Counted from the first letter of the stretch, positions 1-9,324 are shown. The stretch is 64,000 nucleotides of DNA from Minisyncoccota bacterium (GCA_035559235.1 DATMBM010000010.1:20257-84256), one strand, 5' to 3'. A program made the numbers and translations. Notes: generated from the letters alone by a model not told the origin.

Positions 1-408
1 GTTGAGCGTAAGCAGCGTGAAGCCGACGACCATCGCCGATATGCCCGCCATCTGCGCGAGCGAAATCGAATATCCGAGCGCGACATCGACCGCGAGGAGA
101 AGCGGTATGGTAAGCGTGCGCAGGAACGCGAAGGTGCTCCTGTCGGCGGAGACGACGGCGTGCACGTTGACGATCGCAAGGACGATTTCCAATATGACGC
201 GTGCCGTAAACGTCGGGAGGCTCGCAAGTGAGAATATCCAGTTTCCGGTGTAGATGGCGATGCCGATAAGAAAAAAAGTTGCCCAGAAGGCGTGCAAAAA
301 TCCCATCCGGTACACGCTCTCGTGTTTGCGTTCGATCTCGTATTTGCCGAGTGAGGTACTGACCTCGGCAAAAAGCTGCGCAACGCCGATGAGAACGACG
401 CCAAACAT
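1..408 (-). CDS. hypothetical multi-TM membrane protein (5' part; gene runs off the window start)
   Basis: Reverse-strand ATG at 406-408 opens a frame that stays open to position 1 (136 codons, MFGVVLIGVAQLF...TLLTLN). It is strongly hydrophobic with several predicted TM helices. It starts 1 nt after the stop of the upstream minus-strand gene, suggesting an operon. It is absent from the ORF track because it has no stop inside the window. Confidence 0.4.
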   Translation of the reverse strand, partial: MFGVVLIGVAQLFAEVSTSLGKYEIERKHESVYRMGFLHAFWATFFLIGIAIYTGNWIFSLASLPTFTARVILEIVLAIVNVHAVVSADRSTFAFLRTLTIPLLLAVDVALGYSISLAQMAGISAMVVGFTLLTLN

Positions 409-409
409 T

Positions 410-769
410 TTATTTCCGTGCCTCGCGGACGCGCTGGAATTCCTTCTGCAACCGATCGAGCTCCTCGTCCGACATCTCTTCAAGGTCGATCATCTCTTCG
501 CGGGCGCCTCGGACGGATTTGATAAGTTCGTCGAGCTTCAGATGCATCGCCCTCGCGTCCCGGTTCTGCGTATTTTGGATAAGGAAGACCATAAGGAACG
601 TGAGGATCGTCGTGCCGGTGTTGATGACGAGTTGCCACGTATCCGAAAAGCCGAACAGGCGCCCGGAGAGCGCCCATACCGCGACGATCACGATCGCGGC
701 GCCGAAGGCCCATGGGGAACCGACGGCATCGCTCGAGACGAGGGCGATTTTGCGAAACAGCTCGCGCAT
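410..769 (-). CDS. low-affinity iron permease (Fet4-like, PF04120-type) family protein
   Basis: Motif block GSPWAFGAAIVIVAVWALSGRLFGFSDTWQLVINTGTTILTFLMVFLIQNTQNRDARAMHLKLDELI matches my memory of bacterial low-affinity iron permease family proteins. Start chosen at the internal Met (MRELFRKIA); the track ORF extends to 862. Confidence 0.6.
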   Translation of the reverse strand: MRELFRKIALVSSDAVGSPWAFGAAIVIVAVWALSGRLFGFSDTWQLVINTGTTILTFLMVFLIQNTQNRDARAMHLKLDELIKSVRGAREEMIDLEEMSDEELDRLQKEFQRVREARK

Positions 770-808
770 AGGTAGAAGTATATATCGATTCCGTGCTAGG
801 GTAGGGCG

Positions 809-1468
809 ATGCGCACAGCGGGAGATGTATACGTAAAATACAAGCTTCCCGAGATGTTGCAATTACATCAATTACGTGTCGCCGCAGTGGGGAAGATCAT
901 TGCGGATCGCGTTTTGGGAGTTAACAAGAGAGATATTATTCTGACCGGACTTTTCCATGACATGGGGAATATCCTGAAAATGGATTTGTCAGATACTGGA
1001 CCGCTAGTGCCATTCATGGAAGGGGAATCGGCGTATTGGCGGTCGGTGAAAGCGGAGTTTGAGCGGACATACGGTGTAAATGAGCACGTCGCGAGCATAT
1101 CGATTGGAAGAGAAATCGGACTTTCCGAGGCGGTACTCTCAATGATCAACAATATGCGTTTTACGCGGACGGAGTGGATTTACACTACGGCGCCTATAGA
1201 GATGAAAATTGCAAAGTATGCTGACTTGCGCGTGAGCCCATACGGCATTGTATCCATGCGTGACCGCCTCGAGGAGGCAAGCGTGCGCTATCGTGGGAAA
1301 AGCTTTGATTTCGGAGAGAAATATAATGCAGAACAACGGCAACGCATCAACGCGATATGTGTTGAGCTGGAAGCCTACGTATGTGCCAAGGCGGACATCG
1401 ATCCTAAAGACATTACCGACGCCATCGCCGCGCCTGTTATTGAGCAATTGCGCGACTATCGAGTCTAA
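809..1468 (+). CDS. HD-domain phosphohydrolase-like protein
   Basis: H...HD signature (HQLRVAAVGKII...GLFHDMGN). 219 aa ORF. The overlapping minus-strand ORF 1139..1600 is rejected as antisense. Confidence 0.55.
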   Translation: MRTAGDVYVKYKLPEMLQLHQLRVAAVGKIIADRVLGVNKRDIILTGLFHDMGNILKMDLSDTGPLVPFMEGESAYWRSVKAEFERTYGVNEHVASISIGREIGLSEAVLSMINNMRFTRTEWIYTTAPIEMKIAKYADLRVSPYGIVSMRDRLEEASVRYRGKSFDFGEKYNAEQRQRINAICVELEAYVCAKADIDPKDITDAIAAPVIEQLRDYRV

Positions 1469-1686
1469 AGCCGTCCCAGCTCCTTCAGGTCGCGATCGGG
1501 CAGATAGAGGATGAGGAGGCCGAGCGCGATTCCGCCAAGCGCCGTAATGACATGACTTCCGTTCAGGAAGGTCATGTCGAACCAGTCGAGCGTATACCAA
1601 ATGCCGCGCCAGATGAGGACAATGCCGATGACGACCGAGAGGCTGCGCACGAGGTAGCGAACCGGATGACGTTCAATGAAGCTCAC
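1465..1686 (-). CDS. small hydrophobic membrane protein (hypothetical)
   Basis: 73-aa ORF with two hydrophobic segments (VVIGIVLIWRGIWY; ITALGGIALGLLILYL). It fills the gap between the HD gene and the tRNA. No homology recognised. Confidence 0.3.
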   Translation of the reverse strand: MSFIERHPVRYLVRSLSVVIGIVLIWRGIWYTLDWFDMTFLNGSHVITALGGIALGLLILYLPDRDLKELGRL

Positions 1687-1733
1687 GCCATGATTTTATC
1701 ATGCAGATGATACATGCTAGTATCGGCTGCAAC

Positions 1734-1806
1734 GCCGACGTAGCTCAGCTGGTAGAGCAGCTCCATGGTAAGGAGCAGGTCGCCGGTTCAATCCCGGCCG
1801 TCGGCT
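1734..1806 (+). tRNA. tRNA-Thr (anticodon GGT)
   Basis: Cloverleaf read by hand. Acceptor GCCGACG/CGTCGGC; D-arm GCTC-AGCTGGTAG-AGC; anticodon stem GCTCC/GGAGC with loop ATGGTAA (anticodon GGT); T-arm GCCGG-TTCAATC-CCGGC; discriminator T. No encoded CCA. Confidence 0.8.
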
Positions 1807-2065
1807 CAAGAATCAAACTCAACTGCTTTTTTGGGGCAGAAATTTTGGCGGCGCTCCGCGCCGCGTAGGGGGGGAATGGCATTTCCTAAAGCAATGCGCG
1901 CGTGGATTGAGAGGTTCAATCAGAAGATTTTTGGAGGGAGGGAAGAATTTCTCGCCGGGGGTGTTTTTTATGAAAGGAGTGGGGCGGAAGAGGAGGCGAA
2001 GGCGGATACAATCAAAGACGTCGTGTGATCCTTCTGGTACACTTTCCCTATGGTTGCGCATACTC

Positions 2066-3055
2066 ATGCGATGTATGAAAAATAAAGCAGAGAGCACGCA
2101 AACAACACCATACTGGAAGATCGCGACCGTAGTACTGCTTGCTACAAACCTCATAACAGGCGCGTATGCGGTGATGCGGCAGGAAGTCAACCTCATGCGT
2201 GACGCCCCGTATCCGCTCATTGACCCGACACGAAACTTCATTCCGCAAGATGACTTCATCGTCAACCTTCAGCCCCTGCGCGAGGAGCTGCGCGCGAAGG
2301 CGCGGGAAATTGAAGAAGAGGGCGCGCGCGTCTCGCTCTACCTTGAGTTCCTCAACACCGGCGCGAACATCTCCATCAATCCGGACGTCTACATCTGGCC
2401 GGCGTCTCTCGCCAAAGTGCCGCTTGCAATGGCAGTCATGAAGAAGGTTGAACGCGGCGAGTGGGAGCTCACGGACAAGCTGGTGCTGATGGAGGTTGAC
2501 CGAGACATCCACTCGGGAGATGCGAACGACCCGCTCCTCGAGCACCCCCTCGGCACGCGCTTCACCATTGACGAGCTTCTGAAAGAACTTCTCGCCAACT
2601 CGGACAACACCGCCTACCGCATCCTCCTGCGCAACGTGCACAACGACGACGTGGACGAGGTGATTCAGGAACTCGGTCTCGGGGCCCTCTTTACGCCGGA
2701 GGGGAGGATGTCCGCAAAAGAGTATTCGCGCATCTTGCGCGCGCTCTACACCTCGAGCTTTCTTTCGCGCGAGCACTCGCAGATGCTCCTCTCCTATTTG
2801 GACGAATCTTCGTTTAACGACTTCCTCGCGCGGGAGATACCGCCTGATGTGCCGTTTCCGCACAAGTACGGCGAAAACCTCTCGCTCCGCGTTTTTGCTG
2901 ATTCCGGCATCGTCTATATACCGAAGCGCCCGTACCTTGTGAGCGTCATGGTTGAGTATCCGCCTTCGCGCTCGCAGGAAGAGAGCGCAGCGAAGGCGCG
3001 GGTGTTCATGGGCGCCGTATCGAAGAGCGCGTACGAGTATTTCTCGGCTCAATAA
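2066..3055 (+). CDS. class A beta-lactamase-like serine hydrolase (SxxK / SDN motifs), membrane-anchored
   Basis: ASLAKVP (SxxK) and ANSDNTAY (SDN) motifs. N-terminal TM helix after an internal Met (MRCMKNK...IATVVLLATNLITGAYAV). The upstream Arg-rich part of track ORF 1907 is treated as non-coding. The long antisense ORF 2048..3211 is rejected. Confidence 0.6.
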   Translation: MRCMKNKAESTQTTPYWKIATVVLLATNLITGAYAVMRQEVNLMRDAPYPLIDPTRNFIPQDDFIVNLQPLREELRAKAREIEEEGARVSLYLEFLNTGANISINPDVYIWPASLAKVPLAMAVMKKVERGEWELTDKLVLMEVDRDIHSGDANDPLLEHPLGTRFTIDELLKELLANSDNTAYRILLRNVHNDDVDEVIQELGLGALFTPEGRMSAKEYSRILRALYTSSFLSREHSQMLLSYLDESSFNDFLAREIPPDVPFPHKYGENLSLRVFADSGIVYIPKRPYLVSVMVEYPPSRSQEESAAKARVFMGAVSKSAYEYFSAQ

Positions 3056-3058
3056 TGT

Positions 3059-5596
3059 ATGAAGCGACTCCGAAAAATCACGAACAGCATCGTCAGTTCG
3101 GCGCTCATAACGCTTATCGTGTTCACGAACATTCCGCTCGGTCTTTTTGAGTACGCGGCGCAGAAGCTTGCCGACCGCGACGTCGTGGACGCGCTCTATC
3201 TCGCCGAACACGACCGTTCGGTCGTGGACCGCATGCGCCTTCCCCGCGCCGAGGCGGCCGTCACGCCGACCGGCGTTCTTGGATTTTCCGAAACGGCGGC
3301 GAATGACAACATGCAGTTCCTCTCCTACACCTCCCCTTCAACCTACACCCCCCGCGGCGACTCGGTGGATACGACGACCGTCGTCACCGACATCCAGCAC
3401 ATCAGGGGAGAGATGGCGCCGACGCGCGACGAAATGATATGGGGCCAGCTCGACGAGGACAGAACTCTGCACGTGACGCGCTGTGTCGGCGGCTGCGACG
3501 CCGCCGCCGACTGGTCGGAAGAACTTGAGATAGTAATCGATACCGCCGTGACGTCGGCGATTATCTGCGACGCGACGGCGGGCTCCTGCGAGCGCCCCTA
3601 CGACATCGCCTACGAGCAGCTTGGCGGCAGGGCGGTTGTCTTCTACGGCAAGACCGGGAGCGACGGTGTTATATTTTTCAGGATCTGGAACGGTACGTCG
3701 TGGTCCGGCGAGAGCAGTTTTACCTTCAAGACCACGAATCTTGCCGATACCGAGTGGGTGCGCGCCATCCCCGAAGGCGACAACCTCTCTCCCCGCCGCT
3801 CAAACCGCATTCTCATCATTGTGGAGGACGCGAATGAAGACATCCGCGCGATGATTTATGACAACGGCGCGATCAACGACCTCACGACCATCACCGACAC
3901 ATCGTTCACCTCCGATAACGCGCGCGACTTTGACGGCGCGTGGGAATCGCTCTCCGGTAACGCGCTCGTGGTATGGGGGGAAGGAACGACCGCGGTCACC
4001 AACCCATTCCGCTACAAGAGATACGTCAATAGCACCGACACGTGGGACTCCTCCGCCTCGAACGTCGGCACTGTCTATACCAACACGAACACGGCGCGCT
4101 GGGTGCGCCTTGCCTCCGACCTTCGCTCCGATAGGATAGGGGCGACGTTTGAGGGAAGCGGCGCCGATTACCGGCCCGGCCTCTGGAAAGCGGACGGCTC
4201 CACGGAGGGGTTTACCCTCGGCGTTGAGGACGCCACGACCGAGAGCATCCTCATGAACCAGACGGACGTCGCGTGGGAGCGCTACAACAGCGGCACCGGT
4301 TTCGCGCTCTTCGTGAACACTGACGCAAGCACCGCTGACGTCTCCGACTATCAGACCTTTACGGCAGGCACCGGATTCAATGGCTCTGCAATTGATATGC
4401 CCGGCGCGATGGGGGACGATGGCGCGATGTGGAAAATTTACCCGTCGCCGAACTCCGACGAAGTCATGGCGGTGGGCGTCGAATGGTCCGACGACCTCTG
4501 TTTTCAGAGATGGTCTGGGTCTGCGTGGGACGCGGACTGTACGACGACTGAATATTCAACGACGCTTCCGCCGGATACCGGGGTGGCGCATAACGAAGGA
4601 GCGGCGTTTGATTTCGTCTACCGGTGGTACTCACCGTGGTCGAGGAACTGGCGGTTTTACAGCGGCGCGGACACAGCGAACACACCGACCACGGCGCTTG
4701 CCTCGGAGAACACGGCGCCGACGGGTTTCGACGGCACCGCAGGCAATTTCCGCCTGCGGTTTTCGGTAGCGGAGCTCTCCAACATGGCGCAAACCGATGC
4801 GCGCAAGAAATTGCAGTACACGACGGGCAATCCGGACGATCCTGCCAGTACATGGACCGACGTGGGCGACGTGGGGAGCGGCGCGATATGGCGCTACCGC
4901 GACTGCAACGGCGGCAGTTCTGTCTGCGACGACAACACGACGCTTTCCGGCACCGTTCTATCCGGTTCGCCAACCGCGGGGTGGTGGGTGCAAGATAGCG
5001 ATGCTGCGGGCGGCACCAACATGGACCACTCAGCGCTTCAGGTGCGCGAGCTTGAGTTTTCAGTTGAAGCCAACGGTGCCGCCGCTGGGACCACGTACTA
5101 CTTCCGCATGTACGACACCGACATTCAGACGCCCGTCTTCCGCGAGCAGGACAACGATGGCTCGAACGACTGCGCGACGGCGGCATGTACGTACCCAAGT
5201 CTGACCACTGCCTCTGCTGCCGCCCCGACGGTAACGACCGGCTATGCGTCGAATATAAACGTGACGACGGCAACCTTGAACGGAACAATAGATAGCGGTT
5301 CAAGCATTACGCAACATGGATTTGCATATTCCACCAGCCCAACGCTTTCGACAGGTGTCTCTACCACAACGCTTGGTTCGGGTTCCATTGGTCCTTTCGG
5401 CCAAGGAATCTCCTCGCTTTCGGCTGACACAACGTATTACTTTCGCGCCTATGCAACCAACAGTGGCGGCACAGGGTTTGGCGAAATCCGCAGTTTCTTT
5501 ACCGGCAATGGAAGCATAACCCGGACGTTGCATCTTTTTGAAGGTGCGAAGGTGCACTTCACGAATGGGCGAATTATTCTATATCAGAATCAGTAG
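3059..5596 (+). CDS. large exported protein (845 aa) with N-terminal signal/anchor and C-terminal fibronectin-III-like repeats
   Basis: N-terminal hydrophobic segment SALITLIVFTNIPLGLF. The body is rich in T/S/G/D/W. Two C-terminal repeats end in TTYYFRxY...N..G.G.G, a pattern typical of FN3-like repeats in bacterial surface proteins. No catalytic motif recognised. Confidence 0.55.
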   Translation: MKRLRKITNSIVSSALITLIVFTNIPLGLFEYAAQKLADRDVVDALYLAEHDRSVVDRMRLPRAEAAVTPTGVLGFSETAANDNMQFLSYTSPSTYTPRGDSVDTTTVVTDIQHIRGEMAPTRDEMIWGQLDEDRTLHVTRCVGGCDAAADWSEELEIVIDTAVTSAIICDATAGSCERPYDIAYEQLGGRAVVFYGKTGSDGVIFFRIWNGTSWSGESSFTFKTTNLADTEWVRAIPEGDNLSPRRSNRILIIVEDANEDIRAMIYDNGAINDLTTITDTSFTSDNARDFDGAWESLSGNALVVWGEGTTAVTNPFRYKRYVNSTDTWDSSASNVGTVYTNTNTARWVRLASDLRSDRIGATFEGSGADYRPGLWKADGSTEGFTLGVEDATTESILMNQTDVAWERYNSGTGFALFVNTDASTADVSDYQTFTAGTGFNGSAIDMPGAMGDDGAMWKIYPSPNSDEVMAVGVEWSDDLCFQRWSGSAWDADCTTTEYSTTLPPDTGVAHNEGAAFDFVYRWYSPWSRNWRFYSGADTANTPTTALASENTAPTGFDGTAGNFRLRFSVAELSNMAQTDARKKLQYTTGNPDDPASTWTDVGDVGSGAIWRYRDCNGGSSVCDDNTTLSGTVLSGSPTAGWWVQDSDAAGGTNMDHSALQVRELEFSVEANGAAAGTTYYFRMYDTDIQTPVFREQDNDGSNDCATAACTYPSLTTASAAAPTVTTGYASNINVTTATLNGTIDSGSSITQHGFAYSTSPTLSTGVSTTTLGSGSIGPFGQGISSLSADTTYYFRAYATNSGGTGFGEIRSFFTGNGSITRTLHLFEGAKVHFTNGRIILYQNQ

Positions 5597-5597
5597 T

Positions 5598-6152
5598 ATG
5601 GCGCGATTGCTCGCTAGTGTTGCTGTGCTTGTGAGCACGGCGCTTCTCGGGGCGTATGTATACCATTCCACGTCGTCGTCCACATTCTTGACGACACGTG
5701 ACGCAAAGGAGGGTGCGACTATGCCGACTCTTGATGAAAGATTGCCTCCGCAGGGGTGGCTTTTGTATACGAATGAGAGGTATGGATTTTCACTTTTTTT
5801 TCCCGAGTATCTCTCGGTAAAAGAAAGAGATCACGGACAAAACTCAATGACAATCACTTTTGAGAATGTGGAGAGAGGAGAGGGATTTGAGATTTTCGTG
5901 GTGCCTTACATAGATGCGCACGTCAGTGAAGCGCGGTTTCGACAGGACGTCCCTTCGGGAGTGCGAGAAAACCCCGTTGACGTTATGGTTCACAACGTTC
6001 CTGCTGTCGCTTTTTTCAGCAAACATGACATTGGGGAAACCGCGGAGGTGTGGTTTGTCTATCGGGGTCATCTGTATGAAGTGGCAACGCTCAAGGAGCA
6101 CTCCGTATGGCTTGGCAACATTTTGCAAAGCTGGCAGTTTACGCAATACTGA
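5598..6152 (+). CDS. hypothetical exported protein
   Basis: Start chosen at MARLLASVAVLVSTALLGAYV (signal/anchor), 1 nt after the upstream stop. Track ORF 5538 overlaps the previous gene. No homology recognised. Confidence 0.45.
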   Translation: MARLLASVAVLVSTALLGAYVYHSTSSSTFLTTRDAKEGATMPTLDERLPPQGWLLYTNERYGFSLFFPEYLSVKERDHGQNSMTITFENVERGEGFEIFVVPYIDAHVSEARFRQDVPSGVRENPVDVMVHNVPAVAFFSKHDIGETAEVWFVYRGHLYEVATLKEHSVWLGNILQSWQFTQY

Positions 6153-6354
6153 CCACAACCGATGATATTCTGGAGATAAAGGAGTAGGTGGGATGAGAAG
6201 AAAAGTCCCACCGATGACGCGTTGCCAAAGCAGCATTTGAGTTCTTACGCAATCGGATCGTACGATGCTGGTGCCGCTTACAGCGCGCGCGGCGCGTGTG
6301 AAGTCGATCATTGAGTTAGCTAAAATAGATTCGAGCATGTATTAATAGAGACTT

Positions 6355-6672
6355 ATGAAGGCACTCAAGGTGTTTGTTACGGTTCCTCGGGAGCATGCGG
6401 ATGCTGTCCGCACGGCGATTGGAGACGCGGGCGGCGGACAGATTGGAAACTACTCGTTTTGTTCATTTAGTGTTGTCGGCATTGGGCGATTCAAACCTGA
6501 ACGCGGAGCGCATCCGTCCATCGGGGAGGTTGGCTCACTCGTGGCAGTTGAAGAGGAAAAAATAGAGTTTGTCTGTGATCCGGCGCTGCTCGAAGTGGTT
6601 GTCGAAGCGATACGTTCAGTTCATCCGTACGAAGAACCCGCGATAGATGCAATTTCCGTCGAAATATTCTAG
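6355..6672 (+). CDS. standalone PII-like domain protein related to the Nif3/YqfO insert domain
   Basis: 105 aa. IGNYSFCSF..GIGRFKPERGAHPSIGEVG...EFVCDPALLEVVVEAIRSVHPYEEPAIDA closely resembles, from memory, the ferredoxin-like insert of Bacillus YqfO/NIF3 proteins (GNYSHCTF...NPYIGE...HPYEEPAYD). Confidence 0.5.
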   Translation: MKALKVFVTVPREHADAVRTAIGDAGGGQIGNYSFCSFSVVGIGRFKPERGAHPSIGEVGSLVAVEEEKIEFVCDPALLEVVVEAIRSVHPYEEPAIDAISVEIF

Positions 6673-6683
6673 AATCAGCGCAC

Positions 6684-6756
6684 GCCACCTTAGCTCAGTT
6701 GGTAGAGCACATCTTTCGTAAAGATGGGGTCCCCGGTTCAATCCCGGGAGGTGGCT
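6684..6756 (+). tRNA. tRNA-Thr (anticodon CGT)
   Basis: Acceptor GCCACCT/AGGTGGC; D-arm GCTC-AGTTGGTA-GAGC; anticodon stem CATCT/AGATG with loop TTCGTAA (anticodon CGT); T-arm CCCGG-TTCAATC-CCGGG; discriminator T. Confidence 0.8.
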
Positions 6757-6760
6757 CCCG

Positions 6761-7666
6761 ATGCAAAAAGCAGATATTGAAAAGAAGATTATCGAGATAG
6801 AAGCGGCCATGGCCGCGCCTGATTTCTGGGCCGATAAGGACAAAGCTCAGATCGCGCTCAAGGAATACCAAGACCTCAAGCAAGCGCTTGCCGGAGCAGA
6901 CGGCTACGACAAAGGAGACGCCATCGTCTCAATTGTCTCCGGCGCCGGTGGCGACGACGCGGAAGATTTCTCCCGCATGTTGCTTGAGATGTACCAGAAA
7001 TATGCCGCGTCGCGAGGCTGGAAAGTGTCGATGCTCTCATCAAATCAGAATTCCATGGGTGGTTTTCGCAGCGTTTCGTTCGATGTCGCGGGCGCAGGTT
7101 CCTACGGCGCGCTCAGGCGCGAGGCGGGCGTGCATCGCTTGGTGCGCATGTCGCCCTTTAACGCCGCGGGAAAGCGCCAAACATCTTTTTCGCTCGTTGA
7201 AGTTTTGCCGCGGCTTCCCGATGTCGGAGAGGCGCACATCCCCGAAAGTGAACTCGAAGTGACGGTTGCGCGCTCCGGCGGTCCGGGCGGTCAGAATGTG
7301 AACAAGCGGGATACTGCGGTGCGCATGACGCACAAGCCCTCCGGCCTCACGGTGCACGTGACGAGTGAACGCAGTCAAGCGCAAAACAGGGAGAAAGCAA
7401 TAGAGATGCTTCGCGGCAAACTGTTCCAAATGAAGCAGGAGGCGCAAGAACGCGAATCGCGCGGTCTCTCCGCCGGCGCCTCTACTAAAATCGAATGGGG
7501 CAGCCAGATCCGTTCGTATGTCCTTCATCCGTACCAGCTCGTCAAAGATCATCGTACCGATCATGAGCGTCGTGACGTCGACCGGGTGCTCGAAGGGGAT
7601 ATCCAATCGTTTATCGACGCGGCAGCCGCGTTGACAGAGCGTACGGTGGGGTATAATGGCCACTAA
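6761..7666 (+). CDS. prfB: peptide chain release factor 2 (short form, no programmed frameshift)
   Basis: GGQ motif (SGGPGGQNVNK) and the RF2-specific SPF tripeptide (RMSPFNAAGKRQTSF). Single uninterrupted 301-aa ORF. Domain 1 is much shorter than in E. coli RF2. The ATG lies 4 nt after the tRNA-Thr 3' end. Confidence 0.85.
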   Translation: MQKADIEKKIIEIEAAMAAPDFWADKDKAQIALKEYQDLKQALAGADGYDKGDAIVSIVSGAGGDDAEDFSRMLLEMYQKYAASRGWKVSMLSSNQNSMGGFRSVSFDVAGAGSYGALRREAGVHRLVRMSPFNAAGKRQTSFSLVEVLPRLPDVGEAHIPESELEVTVARSGGPGGQNVNKRDTAVRMTHKPSGLTVHVTSERSQAQNREKAIEMLRGKLFQMKQEAQERESRGLSAGASTKIEWGSQIRSYVLHPYQLVKDHRTDHERRDVDRVLEGDIQSFIDAAAALTERTVGYNGH

Positions 7667-7714
7667 GGCTTCCGTTTTTTCCGTCACGGCTGAATGTCTG
7701 ATGCCTTTTTTCTC

Positions 7715-8395
7715 ATGATTTATTTCGATCGCGTGACGAAGCTCTACAACGGCGGCCCACCAGCCGTTGAAGACGTCACGCTTTCGATCGATCCCGGCGA
7801 ATTCGTCTCGATCGTGGGGCACAGCGGCGCGGGTAAGACGACACTCTTGAAAATGCTCTTCGCGGAGATATTCCCGACCGAAGGCAGCGTCTATTTCGGT
7901 TCGCGCGAAATCCCATCGCTCACCGCGCGGGAACTTTTGGAGCTGCGTCGCAATATCGGTACGATTTTCCAGGATTTCCGCCTCTTGCCGACGAAGACCG
8001 TGTACGAAAACGTTGCGTTCGCGATGGAAGTGTCCGGCAAGGACGACGAGGACATTCAGGCCGATGTGCCGCACGTGCTCGAGCTTGTCGGGCTCAGCGA
8101 CAAGATGTGGAATTTCCCGAAGCAGTTGAGCGGCGGCGAGCAGCAGCGCGTCGCTATCGCGCGCGCGATCGTCAACCAGCCCGATGTGCTGATCGCCGAC
8201 GAACCGACGGGGAACCTCGATCCGGTAAACGCGCTCGACGTCGTCGAAATCCTCAAGAAGATTAATAATTTGGGCACGACTGTGCTCCTCACGACGCATA
8301 ATAAAACGGTCGTCGATTCCGTCGGCCGGCGCGTGGTGACGCTCGAAAACGGGCGCGTCGTGCGCGATGTGAAGGAGGGAAAATATCATCTGTAA
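7715..8395 (+). CDS. ftsE: cell division ATP-binding protein FtsE
   Basis: ABC ATPase with Walker A GHSGAGKTT, signature LSGGEQQRV and Walker B VLIADEPTGNLD. Typical FtsE start MIYFDRVTKLY, and ftsX lies immediately downstream. Confidence 0.85.
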   Translation: MIYFDRVTKLYNGGPPAVEDVTLSIDPGEFVSIVGHSGAGKTTLLKMLFAEIFPTEGSVYFGSREIPSLTARELLELRRNIGTIFQDFRLLPTKTVYENVAFAMEVSGKDDEDIQADVPHVLELVGLSDKMWNFPKQLSGGEQQRVAIARAIVNQPDVLIADEPTGNLDPVNALDVVEILKKINNLGTTVLLTTHNKTVVDSVGRRVVTLENGRVVRDVKEGKYHL

Positions 8396-8400
8396 ACACT

Positions 8401-9324
8401 ATGGCACTGTGGACCACTACCAAACGAATTGCGCGCTACGGCCTGATCGGCTTTATCCGCAACGGTTTCGTCTCGCTCGCGGCGATCGTGATCATGACGA
8501 TCACACTGTTCGTCTCCGGCGTGCTCCTTATTAGCGGCGCCGCCCTACAGGCAACGCTTGAACAGCTCACGAGTAAGGTGGATGTGAACGTGTACTTCAC
8601 GACGACGGCGACCGAAGCGCAGGTTCTCGCAATACAGCGCGAATTGGAGCCGCTGCCGGAAGTCGCGCAGGTGACCTATACGTCGCGCGAGCAAGCGCTC
8701 GCCGAATTCCGCGAACGTCACAAGACCGACGCGTCGACGATCCGGGCCCTCGAGCAGCTCTCTGACAATCCGCTCGGCGCATCGCTCGCGATCCGCGCAA
8801 AAGAGACGTCCCAGTACGAATCGATCGCGCAATTCCTCGCCGCGAAGCAGCAGACTCCGGACGGCGCCATCATCAGCAAGGTGAATTTCTACCAAAACCG
8901 GACCGCGATTGAGCGCCTCACCTCGATCATCCAAACGGCACGTACGATTAGCGCCGTCGTCGCCCTCTTTCTGGCTGGGGCATCCGTCCTTATCGCGTTC
9001 AACACGATCCGCCTTGCGATTTACACGGCGCGCGACGAAATCGGCGTCATGAATCTCGTTGGCGCTTCGCATTGGTACGTTCGCGGGCCGTTTGTTATTG
9101 CCGGCATCCTCTACGGGGTTATCTCCGGCATCATCGTGCTCGCCGTCCTGTATCCACTTACCGCGTGGATCGGTCCCGCGTCGGAGCGCTTCTTCGGGAC
9201 CTTCAACGTATTCGACTATTACACGGGGAATTTCGCGTTCCTTTTCCTCGCGATCATGGGAACCGGCATCATTTTAGGCGCAATTTCGAGCTTTTTGGCG
9301 GTCAGACGCTATCTCCACACCTAA
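8401..9324 (+). CDS. ftsX: cell division permease-like protein FtsX
   Basis: FtsX topology: TM1, a large extracytoplasmic loop, then three C-terminal TMs. Its position right after ftsE supports the call. Confidence 0.8.
   Translation: MALWTTTKRIARYGLIGFIRNGFVSLAAIVIMTITLFVSGVLLISGAALQATLEQLTSKVDVNVYFTTTATEAQVLAIQRELEPLPEVAQVTYTSREQALAEFRERHKTDASTIRALEQLSDNPLGASLAIRAKETSQYESIAQFLAAKQQTPDGAIISKVNFYQNRTAIERLTSIIQTARTISAVVALFLAGASVLIAFNTIRLAIYTARDEIGVMNLVGASHWYVRGPFVIAGILYGVISGIIVLAVLYPLTAWIGPASERFFGTFNVFDYYTGNFAFLFLAIMGTGIILGAISSFLAVRRYLHT

Noticed and set aside
1765-2028. 87-aa ORF starting inside the tRNA-Thr and running through the following intergenic region.
   Set aside because: It overlaps the tRNA and has Arg/Ser/Gly-rich, low-complexity composition. 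The real downstream gene starts at about 2066 with a TM anchor.
2048-3211. Long minus-strand ORFs antisense to well-supported plus-strand genes: 2048..3211, 4464..5303, 7040..8389, 9664..10647, 28713..29582, 30006..30817, 31836..33344, 38154..38921, 43654..45498, 50162..50896, 51452..52324, 52574..53254, 55193..56050 and 56175..56837.
   Set aside because: Each is fully overlapped by a gene with strong family motifs on the other strand. Their translations are Arg/His/Asp-rich and low in hydrophobic structure, typical of high-GC shadow ORFs.
6684-6800. Programmed +1 frameshift in prfB.
   Set aside because: No upstream short ORF ending in a CUU-UGA-C-type site exists. The upstream sequence is a tRNA gene, and the RF2 ORF is continuous from its ATG.
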